DNA from: a bacterium
Lineage (GTDB): Bacteria > Actinomycetota > Acidimicrobiia > Acidimicrobiales > CATQHL01
Direction: 5' to 3'
Length of the DNA stretch: 62,142 nucleotides
Assembly: GCA_026706565.1 (NCBI GenBank)
Contig: JAPOYM010000071.1
Span: 1-62,142, forward strand
In this document: piece after piece, positions 35,551-44,700 of the stretch
Numbering within the stretch: position 1 is the stretch's first letter
How the letters are laid out: every line of letters starts with the position of its first letter
The notes under the pieces: model-generated
The model's input: only the letters and a program-made list of their open reading frames with translations
What the model was told of the DNA's origin: nothing
Databases searched by the model: none
Position numbers and translations under genes: made by a program

Positions 35551-36810
35551 ATGGAACCGACCCTCGAAACGTTCGGGCTCAGCCAGCCCGCCGAGCTGTT
35601 GCAGATGCCGTGGCTCGCGGCCTTGGCCGCCGCTGTGGTGATTTCCGGTTTGCTGCTGGCGCGGCACCGCTCCGGCAAGCGACTGGTGCGAGGCTCCAGC
35701 GCTTGGAGCGCTCGCCGCCGGCGCCCGAACAACAACCAACGCAAGATCCAACCCGAGGACTATGTGAAGGCCGGCGTCATCGGCATCGGCCACGACCTAG
35801 CCCATGCGGTCACCAAGGACCGGTCGGAAATCGCCGCCGGAGAGGCAAAGATCGCCGCCCTTCAGGAGCAAGAGGCCCGACACCTCCAGGAAATAGACCG
35901 CCTGACCGAACAGCGCGCATCCGACGATACGCGCTTCGACGCGGAGATCGAAGCGGTGAGGGAGAACTTCGCCGCCGAGGACAACGCCCCGGCAGCGATG
36001 ACCAAGAAGTGGAGCACACTCTGGGGCGGATTCTTCCTCCTAGGTGACGTCTTCGTCGTCTCACAGGCGATCATGGTGCAAGAAGGCACGGTCACGCCGG
36101 TGATTGCGTACGGCACAGCGATCGCCATTTCCCTCATGATGTGGTTTGCGGGCAAATGGCTGGGCTGCGAGTTGCGCCGCTTCCGGATGGCCCAGAAGGC
36201 CGCAAGAGTCATCGTCCCGGTGGTTCTCGTTCTGTTGGTCGTGTCGGGCGCGCTGTACGTGATGCGAACCGGTGACACCAGAGCTTGGATCGCGCTCGCA
36301 CTGGCGCCTCCACTGGGAACCGCCGCCACGAAGGTCCTCGGTCCGACAGCCAGCCAAGCCAAAGTCGCAACGCTGAGCCGCGCTAAGGAATCCGAACGAG
36401 CATCGACGCAGGGAAAGATCGACGCTCAGCGGTCGAAGATCGAGCAGAGCCTCAACGCCCGCGGCGAAGCCGCAGTCAACTGTGCCCAACGGCGGGAACA
36501 CATCCTGAGCCGGACCGACGCCGAGAAGCTGCGAGCCAAGGCCGTGTTCCACCAGGGCGGCTTCAACCCGCACAACCCGGACTACTGGATCACGCTCAAC
36601 CAGGCGGGATTCTCCGTCGAGGCCCCCGTGGACACATGCCCCCACGACCCCGACTACTGGGACATCCCCGCCAGCGCCGGTCTCCATGCGCGCCCGCGGG
36701 CAGTCGCCGCGCAGGGCCCGGGGGGCCCGCCGAACGGCATCCACCCCGCGGACGCGCCGCCGACGGTCGCGGCAACGAACGGCGCCCAGCCCGCAGGCAC
36801 CCCGGCCTGA
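35551..36810 (+). CDS. membrane protein with coiled-coil segments (about 5 TM), hypothetical
   Basis: SD GAAAGGA lies 7 nt before the ATG at 35551. It has an N-terminal TM, a coiled coil (AKIAALQEQEARHLQEIDRLTEQ), four clustered TM helices, a second coiled coil and a Pro-rich tail. Confidence 0.7.
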   Translation: MEPTLETFGLSQPAELLQMPWLAALAAAVVISGLLLARHRSGKRLVRGSSAWSARRRRPNNNQRKIQPEDYVKAGVIGIGHDLAHAVTKDRSEIAAGEAKIAALQEQEARHLQEIDRLTEQRASDDTRFDAEIEAVRENFAAEDNAPAAMTKKWSTLWGGFFLLGDVFVVSQAIMVQEGTVTPVIAYGTAIAISLMMWFAGKWLGCELRRFRMAQKAARVIVPVVLVLLVVSGALYVMRTGDTRAWIALALAPPLGTAATKVLGPTASQAKVATLSRAKESERASTQGKIDAQRSKIEQSLNARGEAAVNCAQRREHILSRTDAEKLRAKAVFHQGGFNPHNPDYWITLNQAGFSVEAPVDTCPHDPDYWDIPASAGLHARPRAVAAQGPGGPPNGIHPADAPPTVAATNGAQPAGTPA

Positions 36811-36858
36811 ACCGTCCGAACCCTGAACTGCCCGACCACAAACGAAAGGACAGTCCCC

Positions 36859-37665
36859 ATGAACAGGAGCCGACCAGAGCGCGCTCCCCTCGCTCCGAGA
36901 ATGGCCGCGGCGACGCTGGCGGCGCTCCTCGGCCTTGTGTCGCTCGCCTGCGACGCGGGCGGCTTGGCAAGCGCCGCCAAAGACACGGTCAAGGAGAACA
37001 CCGTAGGCGTCAACGACCCCGGAGTGCGCCGAACGATCATCATCGATCCGGGGCACCGCCCGGTTGACCAGATCCTCGACCAGGTTCACGCCGTGGCCGT
37101 CGACAGCGCCTCCCGCGGGCAACGCATCACGGTCCGGCTCGTCGGCGGAGGCAACGCCGACGCTTGGCGGGCCGTGGACCTGTCATCGGCGCACGGCGGA
37201 GACCTCCGGCGCGAGGCCCAGAACCCCACCCACCTTCGCAAGGAAGCCAACGCCAACGCCGAGGCCGTGACGGCCGCCGTCGCCGCGGCGCTCCGCGGAT
37301 TCGCCTACGACGGCAGCGGCGCGGACCTCTTCGGCGCCATCCGACGAGCCGCGACAGACCCGGTCCTGCCCCGAGAGGTCGTAATGGTCACCGGCGGGGG
37401 CGTTCACCAGACCGCCGCGCTCGACACCGTGAGCGGCTACGGGAACCTGCCGCGACTGCTCGACGCCATCCCAGCGATCGAAGCCCCCGAGACCGACGTC
37501 GTAATCATCGGCGCGGGCGACTTCACCGGGGCTGCGACCACCCCATCGGGAGAGTTCAGCGCCGCGGTCGCCGAACTCTGGGATCACGCCTGCGCCCGCT
37601 GGCGACTCCGCACGTGCGCGCTCGCAGACAATCCCGACTATCTCGCCACGCTCGAGAGCCGATAG
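36859..37665 (+). CDS. lipoprotein, hypothetical (possibly degenerate vWA-like alpha/beta fold)
   Basis: SD GAAAGGA; lipobox LVSLAC; alternating beta-strand-like segments (TIIIDPG, VVMVTGGG, VVIIGAGD). Confidence 0.65.
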   Translation: MNRSRPERAPLAPRMAAATLAALLGLVSLACDAGGLASAAKDTVKENTVGVNDPGVRRTIIIDPGHRPVDQILDQVHAVAVDSASRGQRITVRLVGGGNADAWRAVDLSSAHGGDLRREAQNPTHLRKEANANAEAVTAAVAAALRGFAYDGSGADLFGAIRRAATDPVLPREVVMVTGGGVHQTAALDTVSGYGNLPRLLDAIPAIEAPETDVVIIGAGDFTGAATTPSGEFSAAVAELWDHACARWRLRTCALADNPDYLATLESR

Positions 37666-37670
37666 CCCCG

Positions 37671-39284
37671 ATGGCCGCAACAAGACGCTGGAGCCGCGTC
37701 CGAGAACTCGCCCGCCGGGCCGACCGGCAGCACGAGTCCCCAGCACTCGGTCCCAGCGTCCGCCCCACCGACACGCACCTCGCCGGGGGCCACCCACGCG
37801 TCCGCGTCGTCGGTCCCAGCGACGGCCGACGGGACGCGGTGCGGATCGCCGAGCCGGCGTACACCGAAGCCATCGCGTCGCTCGGCGGTCTGCCCGCCGA
37901 AGCGGGCGGGCCCCTCGGCGGCGACCACCGCACGGGCATCGTCTCAGAGTTCTACCTCGACGAGTCCGCGCGGCGCGACGAGCACAGTTACTCCCCCGAC
38001 GTAGAGACCCTGAACCGGCTCTTCCGCACACAGTGGAACCCCCGGGGCCTATCTCTGCTCGGCTTCGCGCACTCGCACCCCCCGGGCGTGCCGGTGCCTT
38101 CGACCGGCGACCGGCGATACGCCCGAAGACTCCTCGCCGCCCTTCCCTCCCTGGACCGACTCCAGCTGCCCATCGTCGAACAGTCCCGCGTCGGCAACCA
38201 CATAGCCCGGGGTTTCGCCGTCGTCGACGACGGTTCATCGCTGCCGGCGGCGCAGCGAGTCTCCCTCGACACGGTCCCCGACTGCCCGACGCGCCGCGAG
38301 CCCGACCCCGCGACGTTCCTCCGAGCCTCGACCAGCTACGAGTTGGCGATCATGGCCAACACCCGCGTCGTGCTCGTCGGAGTCGGAGGGGCCGCCCAGC
38401 ACGCCGAGCACTTGGCGCGGTGCGGCATCGGCGAACTCGTCCTCGTCGATCCGGACCGGGTGGAGCCCCCGAACGTTGCAACCCAACAGGCCTATCTGCG
38501 GGACGCGGGGCGATCGAAGGTCGGCGCCCTCGCCGAACGCCTCACCGACATCAGCCCAATCCTGCGCGTCGCCGCGGTGCCCCACAGCGTCCAACAGCTA
38601 GATCTCCCGACACTGCGAATGCTGCTGCATCGGCCGTTGTTCCCCGGCGAGCCGATCGCTCCCAGACTCACGGTCACATGCGGATTCACCGACGACTTCT
38701 GGACGCAGGCCGAGGTCGCTCGCATCGCGTTGCAGGAAGGCACACCCCTGCTCGCGGGCCAAGTCTACGAGCAAGGATGCGGGGCGGAGATCGTCTTCGT
38801 GGCGCCGGGCCACACCGCCGCCTGTCACCGATGCGTCCTCGGCTCTCGCTACTACTCCTATCTGGCCGGGTTCCGCAACGACGTCACCAGCGCCGGCGCA
38901 CCTCTGTTCGCCACCGAGAGGCTCAACGCAACCAAAGCGATCGTGATGATGGCGATGGTCCACGGACTGCACCCCGACGCGGACCGCGGCCACCCCGCCA
39001 CCGCGAGATTCTCGACGCTGTTCGAGACCATCCGCGAGCGGAACCTCATCCAGATCCGCCTCACCCCTGACTTCGAGTCGATCCTCGGCGTCAGCGTCTT
39101 CGAGCGCACACTCACCGGCGCCGACAGCACACGCGTCGTCTGCGACGAGACCCTCTGGCACCCCCAGACACCGACTGCCCATCCCCCCTGCCCCGATTGC
39201 GGCGGCACCGGCGACCTCGCACAACTCGCCGGCACCAACATCGCCCCCCTGACGCGACCTGAGAACACGGAGAGGACACCATGA
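37671..39284 (+). CDS. JAB/JAMM metallopeptidase fused to an E1-like (ThiF/MoeB-family) adenylation domain
   Basis: The JAMM motif is intact: E(AGGPLGG)...HSHPPGVPVPSTGD, which fits HxHx7Sx2D (38070-38111). E1 Rossmann VVLVGVGGAAQH...LVLVDPDRVEPPNV. Cys pairs CHRC and CPDC. Confidence 0.8.
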   Translation: MAATRRWSRVRELARRADRQHESPALGPSVRPTDTHLAGGHPRVRVVGPSDGRRDAVRIAEPAYTEAIASLGGLPAEAGGPLGGDHRTGIVSEFYLDESARRDEHSYSPDVETLNRLFRTQWNPRGLSLLGFAHSHPPGVPVPSTGDRRYARRLLAALPSLDRLQLPIVEQSRVGNHIARGFAVVDDGSSLPAAQRVSLDTVPDCPTRREPDPATFLRASTSYELAIMANTRVVLVGVGGAAQHAEHLARCGIGELVLVDPDRVEPPNVATQQAYLRDAGRSKVGALAERLTDISPILRVAAVPHSVQQLDLPTLRMLLHRPLFPGEPIAPRLTVTCGFTDDFWTQAEVARIALQEGTPLLAGQVYEQGCGAEIVFVAPGHTAACHRCVLGSRYYSYLAGFRNDVTSAGAPLFATERLNATKAIVMMAMVHGLHPDADRGHPATARFSTLFETIRERNLIQIRLTPDFESILGVSVFERTLTGADSTRVVCDETLWHPQTPTAHPPCPDCGGTGDLAQLAGTNIAPLTRPENTERTP

Positions 39285-39619
39285 CCACCGTATTGGAGAA
39301 CATCAAGTACCGAGCCTCGAACGGTGAGGACTTCATGTTCGACTTCGAACTGCGCGACGACGGTTGGCGCGTGCACATAACCAGCCAACCCCGCTACCGC
39401 CACCGGAGCGCGAGCGCGCACGACACTCACCGCCTCGGCCGGGCTGAACGTCCCTACATCTGCTGGACCAACCCGATAAACGGACTCGACGACGCCTTCG
39501 GCGTCGCCGCCCTGTGGGCGGAAGCGACCCTCGTGTACATCGCGACCGGTCGCTTCAACGCGCCGCGCCGCTTACCGCGACTCCACGATCTCACCGGACT
39601 CACCCGGCTCAGCCGCTAG
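39281..39619 (+). CDS. small conserved-looking protein, possible E2(UBC)-like with HDTH...PYICW
   Basis: ATGA overlap with the JAB-E1 gene. 112 aa. The H-x-x-H...x-I-C-W spacing recalls HPN...C of UBC folds. The call is weak. Confidence 0.3.
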   Translation: MTTVLENIKYRASNGEDFMFDFELRDDGWRVHITSQPRYRHRSASAHDTHRLGRAERPYICWTNPINGLDDAFGVAALWAEATLVYIATGRFNAPRRLPRLHDLTGLTRLSR

Positions 39620-39652
39620 CCCCCGATCAATCCACCCCGAAAGGACGATCCC

Positions 39653-40381
39653 ATGGCCCGTCAACGCCCCACCCTGTTCCTCGAGACCAACGACTGGGAC
39701 ACTCACACCGCGCCGCGCCGATGGTTGGCCGTGATCCCCGTCATCGCGCTGGTCGTCGCCGCCGCCGCCATGTGGCAGCTCAACCGCCCCGAGCCGATCG
39801 GGGCGGCCTCGACCCTGCCGGTCTGCGACTCTGACCACCCGCACCTAACCGTTGTTGTCCTCGATGTCTCGCCGTCGGTGATCAGCGCGGACGGCGCCGA
39901 CCCCGACGGTCGCAGCTTCGACGAAGCCCGAGAGCTCGCGCGGCTGCTTGCCGCCGACCCCTGCACCCCCGACGACCGGTTCGCCGCCATCGTGTTCGGC
40001 GCAGAAGCGATTCTGCAAATGCCGCCGACACTGCTGTCGCAGAGCAGCGACATCGCCGCCGGCCTCCGCAACCAGGGCTACGCCAACCTCGGGGACTCCA
40101 CCGACATCTCAGCCTCAATCCGCACGGTGGACTCCATCGCATCCGATCATCCGCACCACGAACTCTCAGCCATCTGGCTCTCAGACATGATGGGAGACCC
40201 GTTCACCGAACAACACCTCCGAACCCTCGCCGCCGAGCACGCCTACCTCGTCGCGCTCGGTGACTACGACCCGTACTTCAACCAGTACTTCGACGCAGTC
40301 CACGAGATCGTCACGGTCAAACCCGGTGCCGTCGCACACGCACTCACCGAGAGCATCTCCCGCACCCGCGGCGCGCCCTGA
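39653..40381 (+). CDS. membrane-anchored von Willebrand factor type A (vWA) domain protein
   Basis: N-terminal TM (WLAVIPVIALVVAAAAMW). MIDAS-like VVVLDVSPSV (DxSxS at 39863-39877). Further vWA strands: AAIVFG and AIWLSD. Confidence 0.65.
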   Translation: MARQRPTLFLETNDWDTHTAPRRWLAVIPVIALVVAAAAMWQLNRPEPIGAASTLPVCDSDHPHLTVVVLDVSPSVISADGADPDGRSFDEARELARLLAADPCTPDDRFAAIVFGAEAILQMPPTLLSQSSDIAAGLRNQGYANLGDSTDISASIRTVDSIASDHPHHELSAIWLSDMMGDPFTEQHLRTLAAEHAYLVALGDYDPYFNQYFDAVHEIVTVKPGAVAHALTESISRTRGAP

Positions 40382-40434
40382 CCACCAACCACCGAACATC
40401 CAGCCACCAGACGCGAAAGGAAACCTCCACCGAC

Positions 40435-41781
40435 ATGAATTGCGCCAACATCCCGCGCCTCATCCGCAGCACCGCGATCGCGTCCGCAGTCGCCGTCATC
40501 GCGCTCGCCTGCGACCCCGATCACGCCACAACCCACGACACCAGCCCGGCCGAACGGGTCGCCGAACAGGCAGGCGAACAGGCAGCCGGCACCGTCGCGG
40601 CCGGCAGGACCGCTCTTCCCGAAGCGGTCGTGCTCCCCACCGGAATTCCCGGCATCAGCGAACTCACTCCACCAACACCGGACACCGTCGTCCCGCCACC
40701 CCCCGACCCCGCACCGGCGGCGCCCACAAGCGACCCCCCCGTCGTCCCGCCACCCCCCGACCCCGCACCGGCGGCGCCCACAAGCGACCCCCCCGTCGAC
40801 CGCCCACCGCCGACGTCCGCAACCGAACCGGATGCACCCCCGGTCGCCCCCGACCTTCCGCCATCCACGGCCGGACCGCCCGAGCCCGCGCCCCCGCCAC
40901 CGCCCGCAGACCCCGAACCCCATACCTGCGTCGCCTACCGCATAGACGACGTGCTCTTCAACAGCGCCGCCGCGGAACTCGCCCCCGGCGCCGAGGACAG
41001 CCTCGCCGCCGTCGCCGCGCTAATCGCCGACGACGCCCGAGTCTCCGTCATCGGCCACACCGACTCGCTGCCGTCAGCGATCGGCAACCAGCGACTGTCC
41101 GAACTCCGCGCCCAGACTGTCGCCGAGGCCCTGATCGGCGCGGGCCTGAACCCCGAATCGGTGACCGAGATCGCCGGCAGAGGCGAAACCGAACCCATCG
41201 CCGACAACGGCACCGACGAAGGCCGGCGCCTCAACCGGCGCGTCGAGGTATACATCAACTGCGCCGCCCGACAACACCGAAGCGCCGCGTCCGAAGCAGG
41301 CCGAGGCAGCGCCGCTGCGAACCCGACCACCCCCGCAGACCCGACGACCGACGACCCCGAGGCCGTGCCAGCGGGCCCCAGAAGCGAACCCGAGGCCGAT
41401 ATGCTAGGCATGGTCGGCGAGTTCCGAGCGGACCTCGAACTGCAGCCACTTCTGCACCATCAACAGCTAGCATCCGTCGCCCGTGCCTGGTCAGCCACAA
41501 TGGACACAACCGGACGGCTAGAGCACAATCCTGACTACACAAACCAGTATCCCACGGGTTGGCTGTCAGCTGCCGAGAACATCGCGTTCGTAACAGTACC
41601 CACAACCTCACCAGAATCGCTCGCAGAGGCAACCATGATCGCCTTCCAAGGACTTGTCAACAGCCCACCGCACTACAAGAACCTCACCAACCCGACGTTC
41701 ACCCACATAGGAATCGGCATACACCTAAGCACCGATACCCTGTGGGTAACCCAGAACTTCGCGCACTATCCACCCGAATAG
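40435..41781 (+). CDS. lipoprotein with Pro-rich linker, OmpA-family peptidoglycan-binding domain and C-terminal CAP/SCP (PR-1-like) domain
   Basis: Lipobox IALAC. OmpA_C motifs: VIGHTDSLPS..GNQRLSELRA..V and NRRVEVYI. CAP motifs: HNPDY, NIAF, SPPHYKNL, THIGIG. Confidence 0.75.
   Translation: MNCANIPRLIRSTAIASAVAVIALACDPDHATTHDTSPAERVAEQAGEQAAGTVAAGRTALPEAVVLPTGIPGISELTPPTPDTVVPPPPDPAPAAPTSDPPVVPPPPDPAPAAPTSDPPVDRPPPTSATEPDAPPVAPDLPPSTAGPPEPAPPPPPADPEPHTCVAYRIDDVLFNSAAAELAPGAEDSLAAVAALIADDARVSVIGHTDSLPSAIGNQRLSELRAQTVAEALIGAGLNPESVTEIAGRGETEPIADNGTDEGRRLNRRVEVYINCAARQHRSAASEAGRGSAAANPTTPADPTTDDPEAVPAGPRSEPEADMLGMVGEFRADLELQPLLHHQQLASVARAWSATMDTTGRLEHNPDYTNQYPTGWLSAAENIAFVTVPTTSPESLAEATMIAFQGLVNSPPHYKNLTNPTFTHIGIGIHLSTDTLWVTQNFAHYPPE
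40687..40794. repeat. perfect 54-bp tandem duplication (18-aa VVPPPPDPAPAAPTSDPP x2) inside the linker
   Basis: 40687-40740 is the same as 40741-40794 by eye. Confidence 0.85.
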
Positions 41782-41786
41782 CCACC

Positions 41787-44700
41787 ATGTCACCCAGCGC
41801 CTCGTCGCGGCTCGACCAGCACCACCTCGCATCGCTGCACAAACTCACCGACGAGCACCTAATCAAGCTCCTCAATGAGATCCTTCCGCTGAAATGCGCT
41901 CACGGCTCCGTCGAAGCGGAACGCCTGGAATGGCATGACCCATGCTGGGAGACACGCCCCGCCTTGAAGCGCGTGCGACGATTGTCCCTAGAACTCTCCG
42001 TCAACAACCCCAACGGGCGTAGCCGTAGCAGGGTCACCCTGCCGTTTCTCTGGCCATTGGGCGAGGAGGCTTGCGCCGAACCGTACCCGCTAGAATATGT
42101 GCGCCTCGGCGGCCCTGCGACGTTCATCGACGCGCTACCGAAGGTGGCGGTAAGCCAAAGAACGTACCGTCCCGGGTTGCACTTGTTTCGTCACGATTTC
42201 CGCTACTCGGGTCGTCAATATTCGGGCCGACGACTAGTTCTTATGCCGGACATCGGCCCGAGCATACGAATCTACAAAACAAGCATCGGACGAGATCAGA
42301 CAAGCAGTGAATTCGACCCAGCTCCAGACGACCACGCGCCTCCACTCGCCAAGTCGCCCCCAAGGTCGTCGTTCCGAGTGTCGATCTATGGGCTAGGAAG
42401 CGGGACAGCTGTCTTTGAGAATGCCGAACTCATTGGTTGCGCCGATTCCGGCCAGACTCGCGCGCCTCACGGGACGCCCCATACCGCTAACCTAGGGGCC
42501 CTCTGTGATCGTCTCCTAGGACAGAATCGACCCCCCTTGGCATTTTTCTCGGACGCGACAAGGGAGCGGATCTCCGAAGCGGGAATACGACTCGACGATT
42601 CCAGCTTACAGGACCTATGCGGCCTCTTGTTCAGCTTGGATAAGGATGGAGCTGAACCTCCGGAGTATGGACATGAACTCTCCGAAGCGACTCTCCGGAC
42701 GCAGCACCACGGCGACATACTGGAGTCGATTCTTGTGGAATCGCTGCTAGCGGCTGTGGAGCGATTCCATCTCGGCAAGCCCGATCAGGCCGCGGCGCTC
42801 GGCTCTCTACTGAAGTCCATGTTCCAGCAGATTTACAACCGGATGCATCGCGGCGGAGACCGCCAGCCTGCACTGCTGGTGACCGACGACGACCGTAACA
42901 CGCTCGCCAACCTCGAGGCCCGGCGAAAGACGACTCGATACAGTCCCGAGATTCCCCGAGAGATTCGGTACTGGCTCTGGACCCGTGACATCGACCCAAG
43001 CGACCGTCGCCGTCTCTGCCCGCTCCAAACTCCCGAGTCAGCCGACCTTGGATACGTGCGATTCTTGGCCCTCGGAGATGGATATGCCGACGAGCACTCA
43101 GGGATCGCCGATCTTGACGCGCCCGACTTGGACCTTGACTCGAGCGACTTGAGCGCCGCCGCCTCGCTCATTCCGTTCATCAATCACAACGACCCGACGC
43201 GCTCGGCCATCGGCTCAAAGAACCTGAAGCAGGCGCTGCCACTCGCAGGGGCGAGCGCGCCGCGAATCCGGTCGGGCACCGAAGCGGCCCTCGCCGAAGC
43301 ACACGGCACGGCCCGTCTGCCCGCAGGGCCCGACGCGACTGTTCTAGAGGTATTCGAGGACCGGATCATCGTGCAGCGCCAGGAAGGCGCCCCGCGTGGG
43401 GCGGAAGTCCTACCGTTCGGCTACCCGCACCCCACCGGCCACACCGCCGACGGGCGCTGGAAACTGCTCACGACACCCGGCGACACCCTCAGCGCAGGAA
43501 CCGTGTTCGCGCACGCCCCCGACGTCGTCATCGACTGCGGCGAACCCACTCTCGCTCTCGGCACCGACGTGCTCGTGGCGTTCACGCCCTGGTTGGGGAT
43601 GAACTACGAGGACGCCATCGTCGCCAGTGAGGCTGTCGTCGACCGGATGGCTTCGTTGCATTCTCTTCGCATCACCGAGCCGCTCGGCGCCTATGAGACT
43701 CTGCGGCCGTCGGTCGAGGCGGGTGCCGAGGTCGTCGCCGGCGACGAACTGCTGAAGATCCTCGGCCCCGACTCGAAGACGCGTCGCTCCGTCGTCGCCC
43801 CCGAGTCCGGAGTCCTTGAGGAGGGCCCGCGCGTCGAACCGGTCATCGGCCCTCGTGAGAGCGGTGACAGTGACGACGCGGTCTCGGGCGAGATCGTCAT
43901 CCGGCTCAGGACCAGCAGGCGTCTCGCGGTCGGGGACAAGCTAACCAACCGCCATGGCGGCAAGGGGGTGGTTTCTGCGATCCTGCCCCCATCGAGCATG
44001 CCGAAACTCCCCGACGGACGCCACGTTGAGATGATTCTCAACCCGCTCGGAGTGATCCGGCGTTTGAACATCGGCCAACTGTTTGAGACCCATGAGAGCC
44101 TGCTCGCCGACCTCGAGGAGGGCGGACCCCGCATCGTCGGCCGCCGGATGAGCCCGCAGCGTCGGGGCGAACTCGCCTCCGCCCTGGCCGAGCGTGGCGC
44201 CCCGGGCGGGCGGCTGGTGCTGGAATGCGCCGACGGCACCGTGCTGGACCGCCACGGCGGCGTTGTCGCGGGTTGGCAGTACATGCTGAAACTGGACCAC
44301 CTGGTGGCGGACAAGCGCAACGAGCGTCTCGCGGCGTTCGCCGGGCCGCGCGACCGGCAGCCCGTCCGCGGCTCGACGTTCGCCGGCGGCGTCCGGCGGG
44401 GAGGCGCCAAACGTTGCGGCGAAATGGAGATCTGGGCCCTTCGGGCCAAGGGCGCATCAGAGTTCTTGGATGAGACCCTCACTGCACGCAGCGGTTTCGC
44501 CCCCGGCACGAATCCCACCCTCGCCAGCGTCGACGCCCACCTGAGAACTGCCCAACTCGCTGTTGACCACACCACCGGGGCGGTCAAGCTACTGGACGCA
44601 CGAGACACCAAGGCCCTGGCGCCCGTCATCTGCGAGGAGATCACCGAACCTACGACGAACACTCCCCAGTACGCCTCCGCCGCCAGCCACGGCCTCTACC

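Noticed and set aside
41559-41786. Upstream extension of the RNAP ORF, and similarly 37164..37670 for JAB-E1 and 47132..47218 for the sigma54-like ORF
   Set aside because: The extensions overlap the well-supported preceding genes in another frame and are His/Arg/Pro-rich. Starts adjacent to or overlapping the upstream stops fit the operon's coupling pattern. The exact starts remain unverified.
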